The position numbers were made by a program, and so were the translations under genes. This document shows, piece by piece, positions 26,362 to 35,294 of a stretch of DNA of 36,595 nucleotides. Every line of letters begins with the position of its first letter. The first letter of the stretch is position 1. This DNA comes from Verrucomicrobiota bacterium (GTDB taxonomy: Bacteria; Verrucomicrobiota; Verrucomicrobiia; Opitutales; Opitutaceae), in the NCBI GenBank assembly GCA_039186805.1, contig JBCCZW010000001.1:1-36595 (forward strand). Reading direction: 5' to 3'. Under the pieces are notes generated by a model. It was not told the origin of the DNA. It saw nothing but the letters and a program-made list of their open reading frames with translations, and made no database searches.

Positions 26362-28113
26362 ATGTTTAAGCCCTTTTTCCACCGATTACTCTTCCTCGCA
26401 TTGCTAGGCAGCGCAGCCGCAATCGCCTCGCAGGGTCCAAATGTCATCCTCATCCTGACCGATGATCAAGGCTACGGCGATATTCGTTCACACGGTAACG
26501 ATAAAATAGATACGCCTCATCTCGATCGTCTCGCCGACGACGGGGCCCGCTTCGAGAATTTCTTCGTCTCCCCCGTCTGCGCCCCTACGCGCGCTAGCGT
26601 CCTCACCGGTCGCGAGCACATTCGTACCGGGACCGTAAACGTATCCAACAACTACGAGATCATGAGATCCGAAGAGGTGACCGTCGCTGAACTCTTTAAA
26701 GCAAACGGCTACGCTACCTCCCTCTTCGGCAAATGGCACAACGGCGAACACTACCCTTACAATCCAAACGGCCAAGGATTTGACGAATTCATCGGCTTCT
26801 GCGCCGGCCACGTCGGCAACTACTTCGATGCCGTCCTCGAGCACAATGCCGGCACGATTCAGACCGAGGGTTTCATTACCGACGCGCTCACCGATAAAGC
26901 GCTCGATTGGATCGAAGACAAAAAGGACGAGCCCTTCTTCTGCTACATACCCTACAACGCGCCTCACACGCCCTACCAAGTTCCCGACTCTTACTACGAT
27001 AAATACAAAGCCCGCGGACTCGACGTCAAAACCGCCACTCTCTACGGCATGGTCGAAAACATCGACGACAACATCGGCCGCCTTGTGAAGCGACTCGAAG
27101 AACTCGAACTCTCCGAAAACACCATCATCCTCTTCCTGACCGACAACGGCCCGCAAACCCGCGACCGCTACAACGCGGGAATGAAAGGCTGGAAAACTCG
27201 CGTCGATGAAGGCGGCGTTCGCGTCCCCCTCTTCGTTAAATGGCCCGGCCAAATCAAGCCGCGCACCATCATCGACGGCCTCGCCGCGCACATCGACCTA
27301 ATGCCTACTCTCGCCGATCTTTGCGGTATTGAAATTCCAGATACGCTCAAACTCGATGGACTCAGCCTCAAAGACTCCCTCCTCAAAGGAGAAACCGCCC
27401 CCGACGATCGCATGATCTTCGCTCACCGCTTTTTCGGCGGAAAACTACAGCGGCGCAGCGGAACCGCTCGCAGCAAACGCTACCGCTACGTCTACACCCA
27501 CCAAGAGGAAACCCTCTTCGACCTCATCAACGATCCAGGACAGAAGAAAGACATCAGCAAAGCGAATCCCGAGCAATTCGAACGCCACCAAGTCGCCTAT
27601 CGCCAATGGTTCGAGGACGTATCCGATAACTGGGAAATCGTATCCCTCATCCCTTGCGGCTACCCCGAGTTCCCCATTACTCACCTTCATGCCGTCCAAT
27701 CGAAACTCAGCGGGGCCATCAAATTCCACGGCCGAGGCTTCCACCACGACTGGATCGTCAATTGGGTCGACCCCAAGGACGACATCAAATGGGACATCGA
27801 CGTGGTCGAGTCCGGGCGCTTCCGCGTCGCTATAAGATATACTTGCCCCGAAAAAGATATCGGCTCGCAGGTTCGTATCTCCGTCGGAGGAAAGTCACTA
27901 CAAGCGACTGTCGACAAAGCCTTCGATCCCGACCTCTTTCCCAACCTCGACCGAGCCCCTCGCTCTGGCGAAATCGAAAAGCCTTGGGCGACTCTAGAGC
28001 TAGGCTACCTGAACCTAAAAAAAGGCGTAGACACCTTCACGCTGTCTGCCGACCGCATGCCTGGCTCCCAAATCATGGATGTCCGCGAAGTCATCTTAGA
28101 AAGGATCGAATGA
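26362..28113 (+). CDS. S1-family (Cys-type, formylglycine-dependent) sulfatase with a C-terminal ~140-aa extension
   Basis: Signal peptide, LILTDDQGYGD metal-site block, and FGly motif CAPTRAS (Cys codon 26578-26580). The region after aa ~440 lies outside the sulfatase core. Confidence 0.9.
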   Translation: MFKPFFHRLLFLALLGSAAAIASQGPNVILILTDDQGYGDIRSHGNDKIDTPHLDRLADDGARFENFFVSPVCAPTRASVLTGREHIRTGTVNVSNNYEIMRSEEVTVAELFKANGYATSLFGKWHNGEHYPYNPNGQGFDEFIGFCAGHVGNYFDAVLEHNAGTIQTEGFITDALTDKALDWIEDKKDEPFFCYIPYNAPHTPYQVPDSYYDKYKARGLDVKTATLYGMVENIDDNIGRLVKRLEELELSENTIILFLTDNGPQTRDRYNAGMKGWKTRVDEGGVRVPLFVKWPGQIKPRTIIDGLAAHIDLMPTLADLCGIEIPDTLKLDGLSLKDSLLKGETAPDDRMIFAHRFFGGKLQRRSGTARSKRYRYVYTHQEETLFDLINDPGQKKDISKANPEQFERHQVAYRQWFEDVSDNWEIVSLIPCGYPEFPITHLHAVQSKLSGAIKFHGRGFHHDWIVNWVDPKDDIKWDIDVVESGRFRVAIRYTCPEKDIGSQVRISVGGKSLQATVDKAFDPDLFPNLDRAPRSGEIEKPWATLELGYLNLKKGVDTFTLSADRMPGSQIMDVREVILERIE

Positions 28114-28217
28114 GCGCCGATTTCCATAATAGGACGCAAGGCCCTCGGTCCGTAGAACTTCGCCAAGCCCCGCGGAAGCGATGTTCCGCTTCAACTCCCT
28201 CGTTCGCCTAATTTATT

Positions 28218-30590
28218 ATGCGCCCCATTCGAAATACAGGATTCGGAATGCTGCTTTTGTCGGCTGCCCTGCTGACCTCAGCAGAGGTCGATATCACCGC
28301 GCCGCCTGAGCATTTGAACGCCTTTCTGGAACGGCATTGCCTAGATTGCCACGACGACACCGAAAGCAAAGCCGATCTCAACCTCTGGGATTTGGAATTC
28401 AATCTGAAAGACCCGAATACCTTCGCCACCTGGCAGCGCGTCTACGAGCGTATCAGCAATGGCGAAATGCCGCCCGCCAAAAAACGTCGTCCCGGGGCCG
28501 ACGAACTGGCCGAGCTTCTCCCGGCCCTCAAGAAACCCCTATTGACCGCGGACCGGAAAGACGCTCAAGAAAACGGCCGCGTGCGCAGCCGTCGCCTGAC
28601 CCGGCGAGAATACGAACACACCCTGCATGACCTCCTCGGCATCGATCTACCGCTGCAGGAACTCTTGCCCGAAGATCCCGCCTCCCATGGCTTCGAAACC
28701 GTCTCCGCCGGCCAACAACTATCCTACCATTTACTGGCGCGATATCTGGACCTTGCCGACCTTGCCTTAGCCGAAGCATTCGATCGCGCTCTCAATGGGG
28801 ACGCCAAATACGTCGAAAGCTTTTCGCCCAATCAGTTGTCGGAGGGAATTGGGAGACGCAACTACCGAGGCCCCGAACCTCGAAAAGGCGAGAGTATTTC
28901 CTGGCCCATTTATAGAATGCAATTCTACGGACGGATGCGCGGTTTCCGAGCGCCGGAAGACGGCTGGTACCGCATCACGCTTCGCGATGCGCGAGCAGTC
29001 AACCCAGCCACAGGGGGAACCGTATGGGGAACCTTGCAAACGGGCGCCGGGGTCTCTGCCGAACCGATACTCTACGATGCGGGTATCGTGGAAGCGATCA
29101 AGACTCCGCGAGACCTGCACTACAAAGCATGGATTCGGGAAGGACATAGATTGTTATTGAAGCCGAATGATCGGACCCTCCGCAGAGCTCCCAATCAGAA
29201 CCGGCGGCCCGACACGGCTCAATACGATGAGCCAAATGAAAAGAACGGTTTTTCAGGAATTGCCCATCGCGGTATCCGCGTCGAACGCATCTACCCCAAC
29301 GGCGACCGCGATGCCGCACGGAAAAACCTGTTCGGAGATACAAGGCTCAAGACTGCCAGAAAAAACCCGACCGCAGCGCTCGACCAACTCATGACGCGTT
29401 TCGCCCTCAGGGCCTTCCGGCGACCCTCCACCGAAGCGCAACTGGCGCCCTACAAGAAGATCGCTCAGGCCGCCCTCGCCGAAGGCGATTCCTTCGAGGA
29501 AGCGCTGCGCGCCGGCTACCGGGCCATCCTCTGCTCCCCGCGATTCCTCACTTTCATCGAAAAACCCGGTCAACTGGATAACTACGCTCTGGCCTCCCGG
29601 CTCAGCTACGCCTTATGGGTGAGCATGCCGGACGAGACGCTTATGCAAGCGGCGAACGAAGGCAGCCTGCGCGATCCCGAGACTCTAGACGCTCAAATCA
29701 ACCGCATGCTATCCAACCCGAAATTCGAGCGCTTCATCAACAGCTACAGCGACCAATGGCTCAATATGAAGGAGATCGGCTTCACCACCCCCGACCGCCG
29801 CCAATTCCCCACCTTCGACCCAGTGGTTCAGGATTCCATGCTCCAAGAGACCCGCGCCTTCCTTCGCGAGATGATCCAGTCGGACCACGGCGCCGCCAAT
29901 ATCGTCGATTCCGATTTCGCCTTCTGGAACGAGCGCCTTGCGCGACACTACGAAGCGAACGCGAAATTCAAGCCCGGCCAAGGCCTGCAAAAGGTAGCGC
30001 TCAAAAAGAAAAGCGTTCACGGCGGACTGTTGACGCAGGGAGCTATTCTAAAGGTAACCGCCGACGGCTCAGCCACTTCTCCCATCGTGCGAGGCGTTTT
30101 CGTCAATGAGCGCATCTTGGGTAAACACTTAGCGCCACCGCCGCCAGATATCCCAGCAATTGAACCCGACATCCGTGGCGCTGTTTCCATTCGCGACCAG
30201 TTGGAAAAGCACCGCGCCAACGAGTCTTGCTACTCCTGCCACAAGACGATCGACCCGCCCGGACTGGCCCTCGAGAACTTCGATCCCGTCGGCATGTGGC
30301 GCACTCACTACGGTCGCGGTCGCGGCGCAGCCGTCGACCCAACCGGCGCCACGCCCGAAGGCGACCGCTTCGCCGACATTCTCGCCTTGAAGAAAATCTA
30401 CGCGCAGCGCGACGACCAACTGGCTCGCGCCTTCACCGAGCACTTTCTCACCTACGCGACCGGCGCTCCCATACGCTTCAGCGATCACGCGGAAGTCGAG
30501 AAGATCGTCGCCGCTTCAATCAGCTCCGACTACGGTTTGCAGACCCTGATGAAGGCCTCCCTGGCCAGCTCTATTTTCCAACAAAAGTAA
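28218..30590 (+). CDS. DUF1592/DUF1588/DUF1585-family protein with two CxxCH motifs (cassette B), with a signal peptide
   Basis: 790 aa. N-terminal MRPIRNTGFGMLLLSAALLTSAEV. CLDCH at 28338-28352 and CYSCH at 30228-30242. The blocks are collinear with cassette A (RRLTRREYEHTLHDLL, FALRAFRRPST, LASRLSYALWVSMPD, DSDFAFWNERLARHY, TSPIVRGVFVNERILG). Confidence 0.85.
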   Translation: MRPIRNTGFGMLLLSAALLTSAEVDITAPPEHLNAFLERHCLDCHDDTESKADLNLWDLEFNLKDPNTFATWQRVYERISNGEMPPAKKRRPGADELAELLPALKKPLLTADRKDAQENGRVRSRRLTRREYEHTLHDLLGIDLPLQELLPEDPASHGFETVSAGQQLSYHLLARYLDLADLALAEAFDRALNGDAKYVESFSPNQLSEGIGRRNYRGPEPRKGESISWPIYRMQFYGRMRGFRAPEDGWYRITLRDARAVNPATGGTVWGTLQTGAGVSAEPILYDAGIVEAIKTPRDLHYKAWIREGHRLLLKPNDRTLRRAPNQNRRPDTAQYDEPNEKNGFSGIAHRGIRVERIYPNGDRDAARKNLFGDTRLKTARKNPTAALDQLMTRFALRAFRRPSTEAQLAPYKKIAQAALAEGDSFEEALRAGYRAILCSPRFLTFIEKPGQLDNYALASRLSYALWVSMPDETLMQAANEGSLRDPETLDAQINRMLSNPKFERFINSYSDQWLNMKEIGFTTPDRRQFPTFDPVVQDSMLQETRAFLREMIQSDHGAANIVDSDFAFWNERLARHYEANAKFKPGQGLQKVALKKKSVHGGLLTQGAILKVTADGSATSPIVRGVFVNERILGKHLAPPPPDIPAIEPDIRGAVSIRDQLEKHRANESCYSCHKTIDPPGLALENFDPVGMWRTHYGRGRGAAVDPTGATPEGDRFADILALKKIYAQRDDQLARAFTEHFLTYATGAPIRFSDHAEVEKIVAASISSDYGLQTLMKASLASSIFQQK

Positions 30591-30613
30591 TCAACCACAG
30601 GACACCCAATTCC

Positions 30614-31885
30614 ATGAAAAACATAAATCTCAATTTGGGCGCTAAAATTTCCCGGAGAACCATGCTCCGCGCCGGCGGCATTTCATTGGCCCTTCCCTTA
30701 CTCGATGCCATGACTCCCGCATTCGCGAAGATGCAAAAGGCGACGCATGCCAAACGCTTCGTCGGCGTCAACCTAACCCTCGGTCTTCACTATCCAAACC
30801 TCGTCCCCGAGACGGCTGGAAAGAATTACCAACCCTCGCGCTACCTCAAATCGCTGCAAGACATCCGGAACGACTTCACGGTGGTTTCCGGAACGTCCCA
30901 TCCCGGCGTCGGCGGAGGGCACTCCGCCGAAGGCAGCATCTTTTCCGCCTGCCCGAACCAAGGCGGCTCGGCGGCGCGCAATACCATCTCCTTGGACCAG
31001 CTCATGGCCAAAAGCCTCGGTCACGAGACGCGCTTCCCCTCCCTGGTACTCAACACCTCCGGTCAAACCAGCCCCTCCTACACCGAGAACGGGGCGATGA
31101 TCCCGGCTGAGAACAAGGCCATGCGGCTCTTCACGAAGCTCTTTGTCGATGACTCGCCCGCTGAACAAGAACGGCAAGCCGAGCTGATCCGCCGCGGACG
31201 CAGCGTCATGGACACCATCGGCGCAGACGCCAAAAGCTTGCAGAGCGAACTGGGAGCCGGCGACCGCGACAAGCTAGACGCTTGGTTCACCAGCGTTCGC
31301 GAATTGGAGGGCCACCTGGTCGCCAACGAGCAATGGACACGACGCCCTAAGCCAAAGGTGTCGCTCCAACCGCCGGTAAACGTGCCGCGAAACAACGAGG
31401 TCGTCGTCGAGAAGATCTTTCTCGATATCGTGCACATGGCCTTGGCCACTGACTCTACTCGCTTCGTCAGCCTCCACACCTCGGGCAACGGCGTATCCGG
31501 CATCCAGGGTGTCGATGACGGCTACCACAACCTCAGTCACCACGGCCTCGACGAGGGAAAACTCCGCCAACTTGGCCTCGTCGAGCAAGGCATGATCGAT
31601 GTTTGGGGAGGCTTCTTGCGAAAGCTGAAGCAGGATCAATTGCTGGACGAGACCATGGTCCTGATGACCTCCAACCTCGGCAACGCCTCTGCGCACTCCA
31701 ACAACAACCTGCCCGTACTCTTTGCCGGAGGCGGCTTCCGACACGGACAACACCTCGCTTTCGACCAAGAGAGCAACTATCCTCTGCCCAACCTTTACCT
31801 AAGCGCGATACGTCGACTGGGACTGGACGTCGACCGTTTCGCCACCTCTTCCACCGAAATGCGCGGCTTGGAAGTCAACGCGTAA
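30614..31885 (+). CDS. DUF1552-family protein with a twin-arginine leader (cassette B)
   Basis: ATG at 30614 gives [38 protein letters not shown]. The ORF-track start at 30227 overlaps the upstream gene in another frame and encodes an Arg-rich non-protein-like extension. DGYHNLSHHGLDE block. The start is 23 nt after the upstream stop. Confidence 0.85.
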   Translation: MKNINLNLGAKISRRTMLRAGGISLALPLLDAMTPAFAKMQKATHAKRFVGVNLTLGLHYPNLVPETAGKNYQPSRYLKSLQDIRNDFTVVSGTSHPGVGGGHSAEGSIFSACPNQGGSAARNTISLDQLMAKSLGHETRFPSLVLNTSGQTSPSYTENGAMIPAENKAMRLFTKLFVDDSPAEQERQAELIRRGRSVMDTIGADAKSLQSELGAGDRDKLDAWFTSVRELEGHLVANEQWTRRPKPKVSLQPPVNVPRNNEVVVEKIFLDIVHMALATDSTRFVSLHTSGNGVSGIQGVDDGYHNLSHHGLDEGKLRQLGLVEQGMIDVWGGFLRKLKQDQLLDETMVLMTSNLGNASAHSNNNLPVLFAGGGFRHGQHLAFDQESNYPLPNLYLSAIRRLGLDVDRFATSSTEMRGLEVNA

Positions 31886-31925
31886 CTAACGAAAAACTGA
31901 AGCGAGCCATCCAAAGAAACTACAA

Positions 31926-33485
31926 ATGAAAACACTTCTAAACGCCCTTCCAAAATTTTTGGGCCGGGACAGTCTACCCTCCGTAGCTTCATGCGAAGGA
32001 CGGGCCGACCCGGCAAGCGAGGTGGGTCATCGCCGCGCCCTACAGCCGTTTGCGACCAAGGCCCTTCTCGCGTTGGCCATCGCCATATCCACAAATTCCA
32101 GCGTGCTATCGAACGAAACGATCGGCCACAAGGATTTCGTTCACGTAGAAAAGCAGGGCGGCATATGGACCATGGTGAAGGGCGACGGCGAAGCCTTCGT
32201 CCCGCTCGGCATGAATCACGTTGGGCCCATGTCGCGCTTCGCTCCTTACAACCGGGAGCACTGGGCCAAGGAAATCGGAGGAGGCATCCTCAAAAACGGT
32301 CGAGTCGATTTCAAATCCGAGGGCGCCAAAACCTGGCTGGAGATCATCGCCAAGGACCACAAGGACTACGGCTTCAATACCCTAGCCTTTCACCATCCCC
32401 ACACCTTGCCTACGGAATACTGCAACGAGCTGGAGCTGTACTACTTCGCCAAGCTTCGCATGAGCCACGTCCACGCTCGTCGCGCTAAACGGATGTCGGC
32501 GACCAAAATGTTCCCCGACGTATTCGATTCCGCGTGGGTCCAGCGGCTCGACCATTTCGTCGAAAACTTCACCGCCAGGCATCGAGACGGAAAATACCTG
32601 CTCGGCTACAGTTACGACGACCTCCCAGCTTATACAATCCACAATCTAGAGAGACCCATCAGGAAATTCGAGCATCACCCATGGATCGTAGACGTCCTTT
32701 CAAAACCGGGAAAAACCAAGGGCAAAAGCGAATGGATCGAAGTCCTACAAAAGCAATATTCATCCGCAGCGAAAGCCGGTGACATGTATGGCCTCGCAAT
32801 CAAAAGCTGGGACGATTTCTACGACATCAAGAGCTACGGGCTTCCTAAAGACGAAGAGCAAGGCTTCGCCGATCAAGCGCTCATGAACGCGAAGATTATT
32901 CGGGCGTATCACAAGGCTCATCACGACGCTATACGCAAGTACGATCCCCATCATCTCATTTTAGGCGACAAAATTCAAAACGCCCGATCCCAACCGGACT
33001 GGGTATGGAATATCGTCAAGGAGTACGTAGACGTTATCCTAATCCAGGACTACGACTTCTTCACTCCTCTTCATGCAAAGAAACTCCGCCACATCTACGA
33101 GGTGACCGGAAAGCCTATCATAAACGGAGATCACGCCTACGGCGCCATTCGTCCCAACATGGAAAACGTCAAGGGAGTCGTCGTTCCTACGATGAAAGAC
33201 AAAGGGGAACAGTATGCCGTCTACCTCAAAGGCATCATGAGCCTGCCCTTCATGCTTGGCTGGCAAACCTGCGGTTACCTAGAGACATGGACCGGTACCA
33301 GCGACGCTACCGGGAAATCCCAAACCGGCTACTTCGATCCCATGGGACGTCCCATCCTCGAGGCCCTCGAGCCCGCCAGAGAAGCCAACGCCTCAGCGCT
33401 CGCCTGGCGGCGGCAAGCAGGAAAAGAAAAGATAAGCTACTCGACCATGAAACGCGCTCCCTTGCGGACGCAGAAAAAGCGATAA
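31926..33485 (+). CDS. P5: most divergent member of the unassigned glycosidase-like family
   Basis: Blocks GGIWTMVKGDGEAFVPLGMNH, DYGFNTLAFH, LLGYSYDDLP, HHLILGDK, VDVILIQDY, GKPIINGDHA and GWQTCGY. The start is uncertain: ATG 31926 gives a non-signal 32-aa leader, while in-frame GTG 32022 gives a signal-like (M)GHRRALQPFATKALLALAIAIS. Confidence 0.75.
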   Translation: MKTLLNALPKFLGRDSLPSVASCEGRADPASEVGHRRALQPFATKALLALAIAISTNSSVLSNETIGHKDFVHVEKQGGIWTMVKGDGEAFVPLGMNHVGPMSRFAPYNREHWAKEIGGGILKNGRVDFKSEGAKTWLEIIAKDHKDYGFNTLAFHHPHTLPTEYCNELELYYFAKLRMSHVHARRAKRMSATKMFPDVFDSAWVQRLDHFVENFTARHRDGKYLLGYSYDDLPAYTIHNLERPIRKFEHHPWIVDVLSKPGKTKGKSEWIEVLQKQYSSAAKAGDMYGLAIKSWDDFYDIKSYGLPKDEEQGFADQALMNAKIIRAYHKAHHDAIRKYDPHHLILGDKIQNARSQPDWVWNIVKEYVDVILIQDYDFFTPLHAKKLRHIYEVTGKPIINGDHAYGAIRPNMENVKGVVVPTMKDKGEQYAVYLKGIMSLPFMLGWQTCGYLETWTGTSDATGKSQTGYFDPMGRPILEALEPAREANASALAWRRQAGKEKISYSTMKRAPLRTQKKR

Positions 33486-33532
33486 AACGCGCCGCGTCAT
33501 CCCCTTTATTTAACAAACTGATTATTGCATCT

Positions 33533-35119
33533 ATGAACAACCGATTCTCTTCCCTTTTCTGGGGCATTAGCATCCTGCTTGCATCGAAACTTTCGATGCA
33601 GGCAGCGGTGACTCCTGTTCCCCAAGTTGTCAAGCCGGCTAAGATCGACGGCGCCCAAGCGCGCAATGTCGTCTTCATCCTCTCGGACGATCATCGCTAC
33701 GACGCCATGAGCTTTCTCGGTCACCAATTTGCGGATACGCCTCACATGGACAGCCTCGCGTCAAACGGAGTCTACCTCAAAAACGCCTGCGTCACCACCT
33801 CCCTCTGCTCGCCGAGCCGGGCGTCGATCCTGACTGGTCTCTACACCTTCCGCCACCGCGTCATCGATAATCAACGCGCCGTTCCAGAAGGCACCCTCTT
33901 CTTCCCTCAGTATCTTCAAGAAGTGGGATACAACACCGGATTCATCGGCAAATGGCACATGGGCCACCACAACGATAACCCGCGCCCGGGATTTGACTAC
34001 TGGGTCAGCTTCAGGGGGCAAGGCAAGTACTTCCCGCCCACGCCCGACTACACCATCAACGTGAACGGCGAACGCGTAAAGCAAGACGGCTACATTACCA
34101 CCCTGCTCACGGACTACGCTATGGAATTCCTAGACGATCAGAAAGAAAGCGACACTCCCTTCTTCCTCTACCTCTCTCACAAGGCCGTCCACGACCCCTT
34201 CAAGCCCGAGGACAAATACAAAGGCAAGCTCAACGAGGTTCCCATGCAAGCTGCTGCCAGCTCCAAACCCGTCGATGGCAACTCTCTCAACCGCCCTCGC
34301 TGGCTCCTAGACCAACGCAACAGCTGGCATGGCATGGATTTTCCACTACATACCGGTGAAACCCTCGAACAGCTTTACAAGAACTACTGCGAAGCCCTCT
34401 GCTCTGTCGATGACAGCATCGGAGCGGTTCTCGATAAGCTCAAAGAAATGGGCGTCTACGACGAAACCCTCGTTATCTACATGGGAGATAACGGCTTCAT
34501 GTTCGGCGAACACGGCCTCTTCGACAAACGCGTCGCCTACGACACCTCGATGCGCGTTCCCATGCTCATGCAATGCCCCGAGCTCTTTGAAGGCGGCACC
34601 GTGGTGGACGAGGTGGTCGCCAACATCGACATCGCCCCCACCGTCATGGAAGTCATGGGTCTCGAAAAGCCCGCCCACATGGACGGCCAAAGCTTCGTTC
34701 CTCTCGCCCAAGGCCAAGAGATCAAATGGCGCGATTACTTTCTCTATGTCTATTACTGGGAGCAAAACTACCCCCAGACACCCACTCATTTCGCCCTCCG
34801 CGGAGATCGCTACAAATACATCACCTACTACGGGCTTTGGGATACCGACGAGCTCTTCGATATGCAGGCCGACCCCATGGAGCAGAACAATCTCATCCAC
34901 GATCCGAAGTTCGCCAAGGCGAAACAGGATATGCAAGATACGCTCTACAAAATGATGGCAGAACTCGGCGGCATGGATATTCCCATGAATTCCCCCAGAG
35001 GAAGGCAGCAGAACAAACGTCTCCGCAGCCGAGGCGTCCATGACAAAGGCGGCGAGGAAGCCGCCGACTTCCCCGAAGCCTTCATCGTAGATGAACCTTT
35101 GAGACAACTCTACAATTAG
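33533..35119 (+). CDS. S1-family (Cys-type) sulfatase
   Basis: ATG at 33533 gives the signal peptide MNNRFSSLFWGISILLASKLSMQA. FILSDDHRYD block and FGly motif CSPSRAS (Cys codon 33806-33808). The ORF-track start at 33005 overlaps P5 and encodes an Arg-rich extension. Confidence 0.9.
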   Translation: MNNRFSSLFWGISILLASKLSMQAAVTPVPQVVKPAKIDGAQARNVVFILSDDHRYDAMSFLGHQFADTPHMDSLASNGVYLKNACVTTSLCSPSRASILTGLYTFRHRVIDNQRAVPEGTLFFPQYLQEVGYNTGFIGKWHMGHHNDNPRPGFDYWVSFRGQGKYFPPTPDYTINVNGERVKQDGYITTLLTDYAMEFLDDQKESDTPFFLYLSHKAVHDPFKPEDKYKGKLNEVPMQAAASSKPVDGNSLNRPRWLLDQRNSWHGMDFPLHTGETLEQLYKNYCEALCSVDDSIGAVLDKLKEMGVYDETLVIYMGDNGFMFGEHGLFDKRVAYDTSMRVPMLMQCPELFEGGTVVDEVVANIDIAPTVMEVMGLEKPAHMDGQSFVPLAQGQEIKWRDYFLYVYYWEQNYPQTPTHFALRGDRYKYITYYGLWDTDELFDMQADPMEQNNLIHDPKFAKAKQDMQDTLYKMMAELGGMDIPMNSPRGRQQNKRLRSRGVHDKGGEEAADFPEAFIVDEPLRQLYN

Positions 35120-35132
35120 CCCATCCCTGGAG

Positions 35133-35194
35133 GGTCGTCGGCCCCGACGACCGCAGTGCCCAACATCAGGTAGGGAGGAGCGGCCCGCTCCTCC
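35133..35194 (+). terminator. two tandem GC-rich hairpins downstream of sulfatase 2 (possible terminator or RNA-stabilising structure)
   Basis: GGTCGTC-GGCCCC-GACGACC (35133-35152) and GGAGGAGCG-GCC-CGCTCCTCC (35174-35194). No U-tract follows either. Confidence 0.35.
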
Positions 35195-35294
35195 TCAAAC
35201 CCCCAACCGCTCGCGACCCTCCTCTAAAACCCATAGACTCGCTCACCCAATCCAATCGGCCGGGCATTCGCCCCCGTTCAACCCAATCGTATCC

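Noticed and set aside
26488-27291. 267-aa minus-strand ORF
   Set aside because: It is antisense to sulfatase 1, whose sense frame carries unambiguous sulfatase motifs.
30227-30613. N-terminal 129-codon extension of the DUF1552 (cassette B) ORF
   Set aside because: It overlaps the 3' end of the upstream CxxCH gene in another frame and encodes an Arg/Ser/Pro-rich string. The Tat leader begins at ATG 30614, matching cassette A.
33005-33532. N-terminal 176-codon extension of the sulfatase 2 ORF
   Set aside because: It overlaps the 3' end of P5 in another frame and is Arg-rich. A clear signal peptide starts at ATG 33533.
34346-35107. 253-aa minus-strand ORF
   Set aside because: It is antisense to sulfatase 2 and has shadow-ORF composition (Val/Gly/Asp/His-rich from complementary codons).
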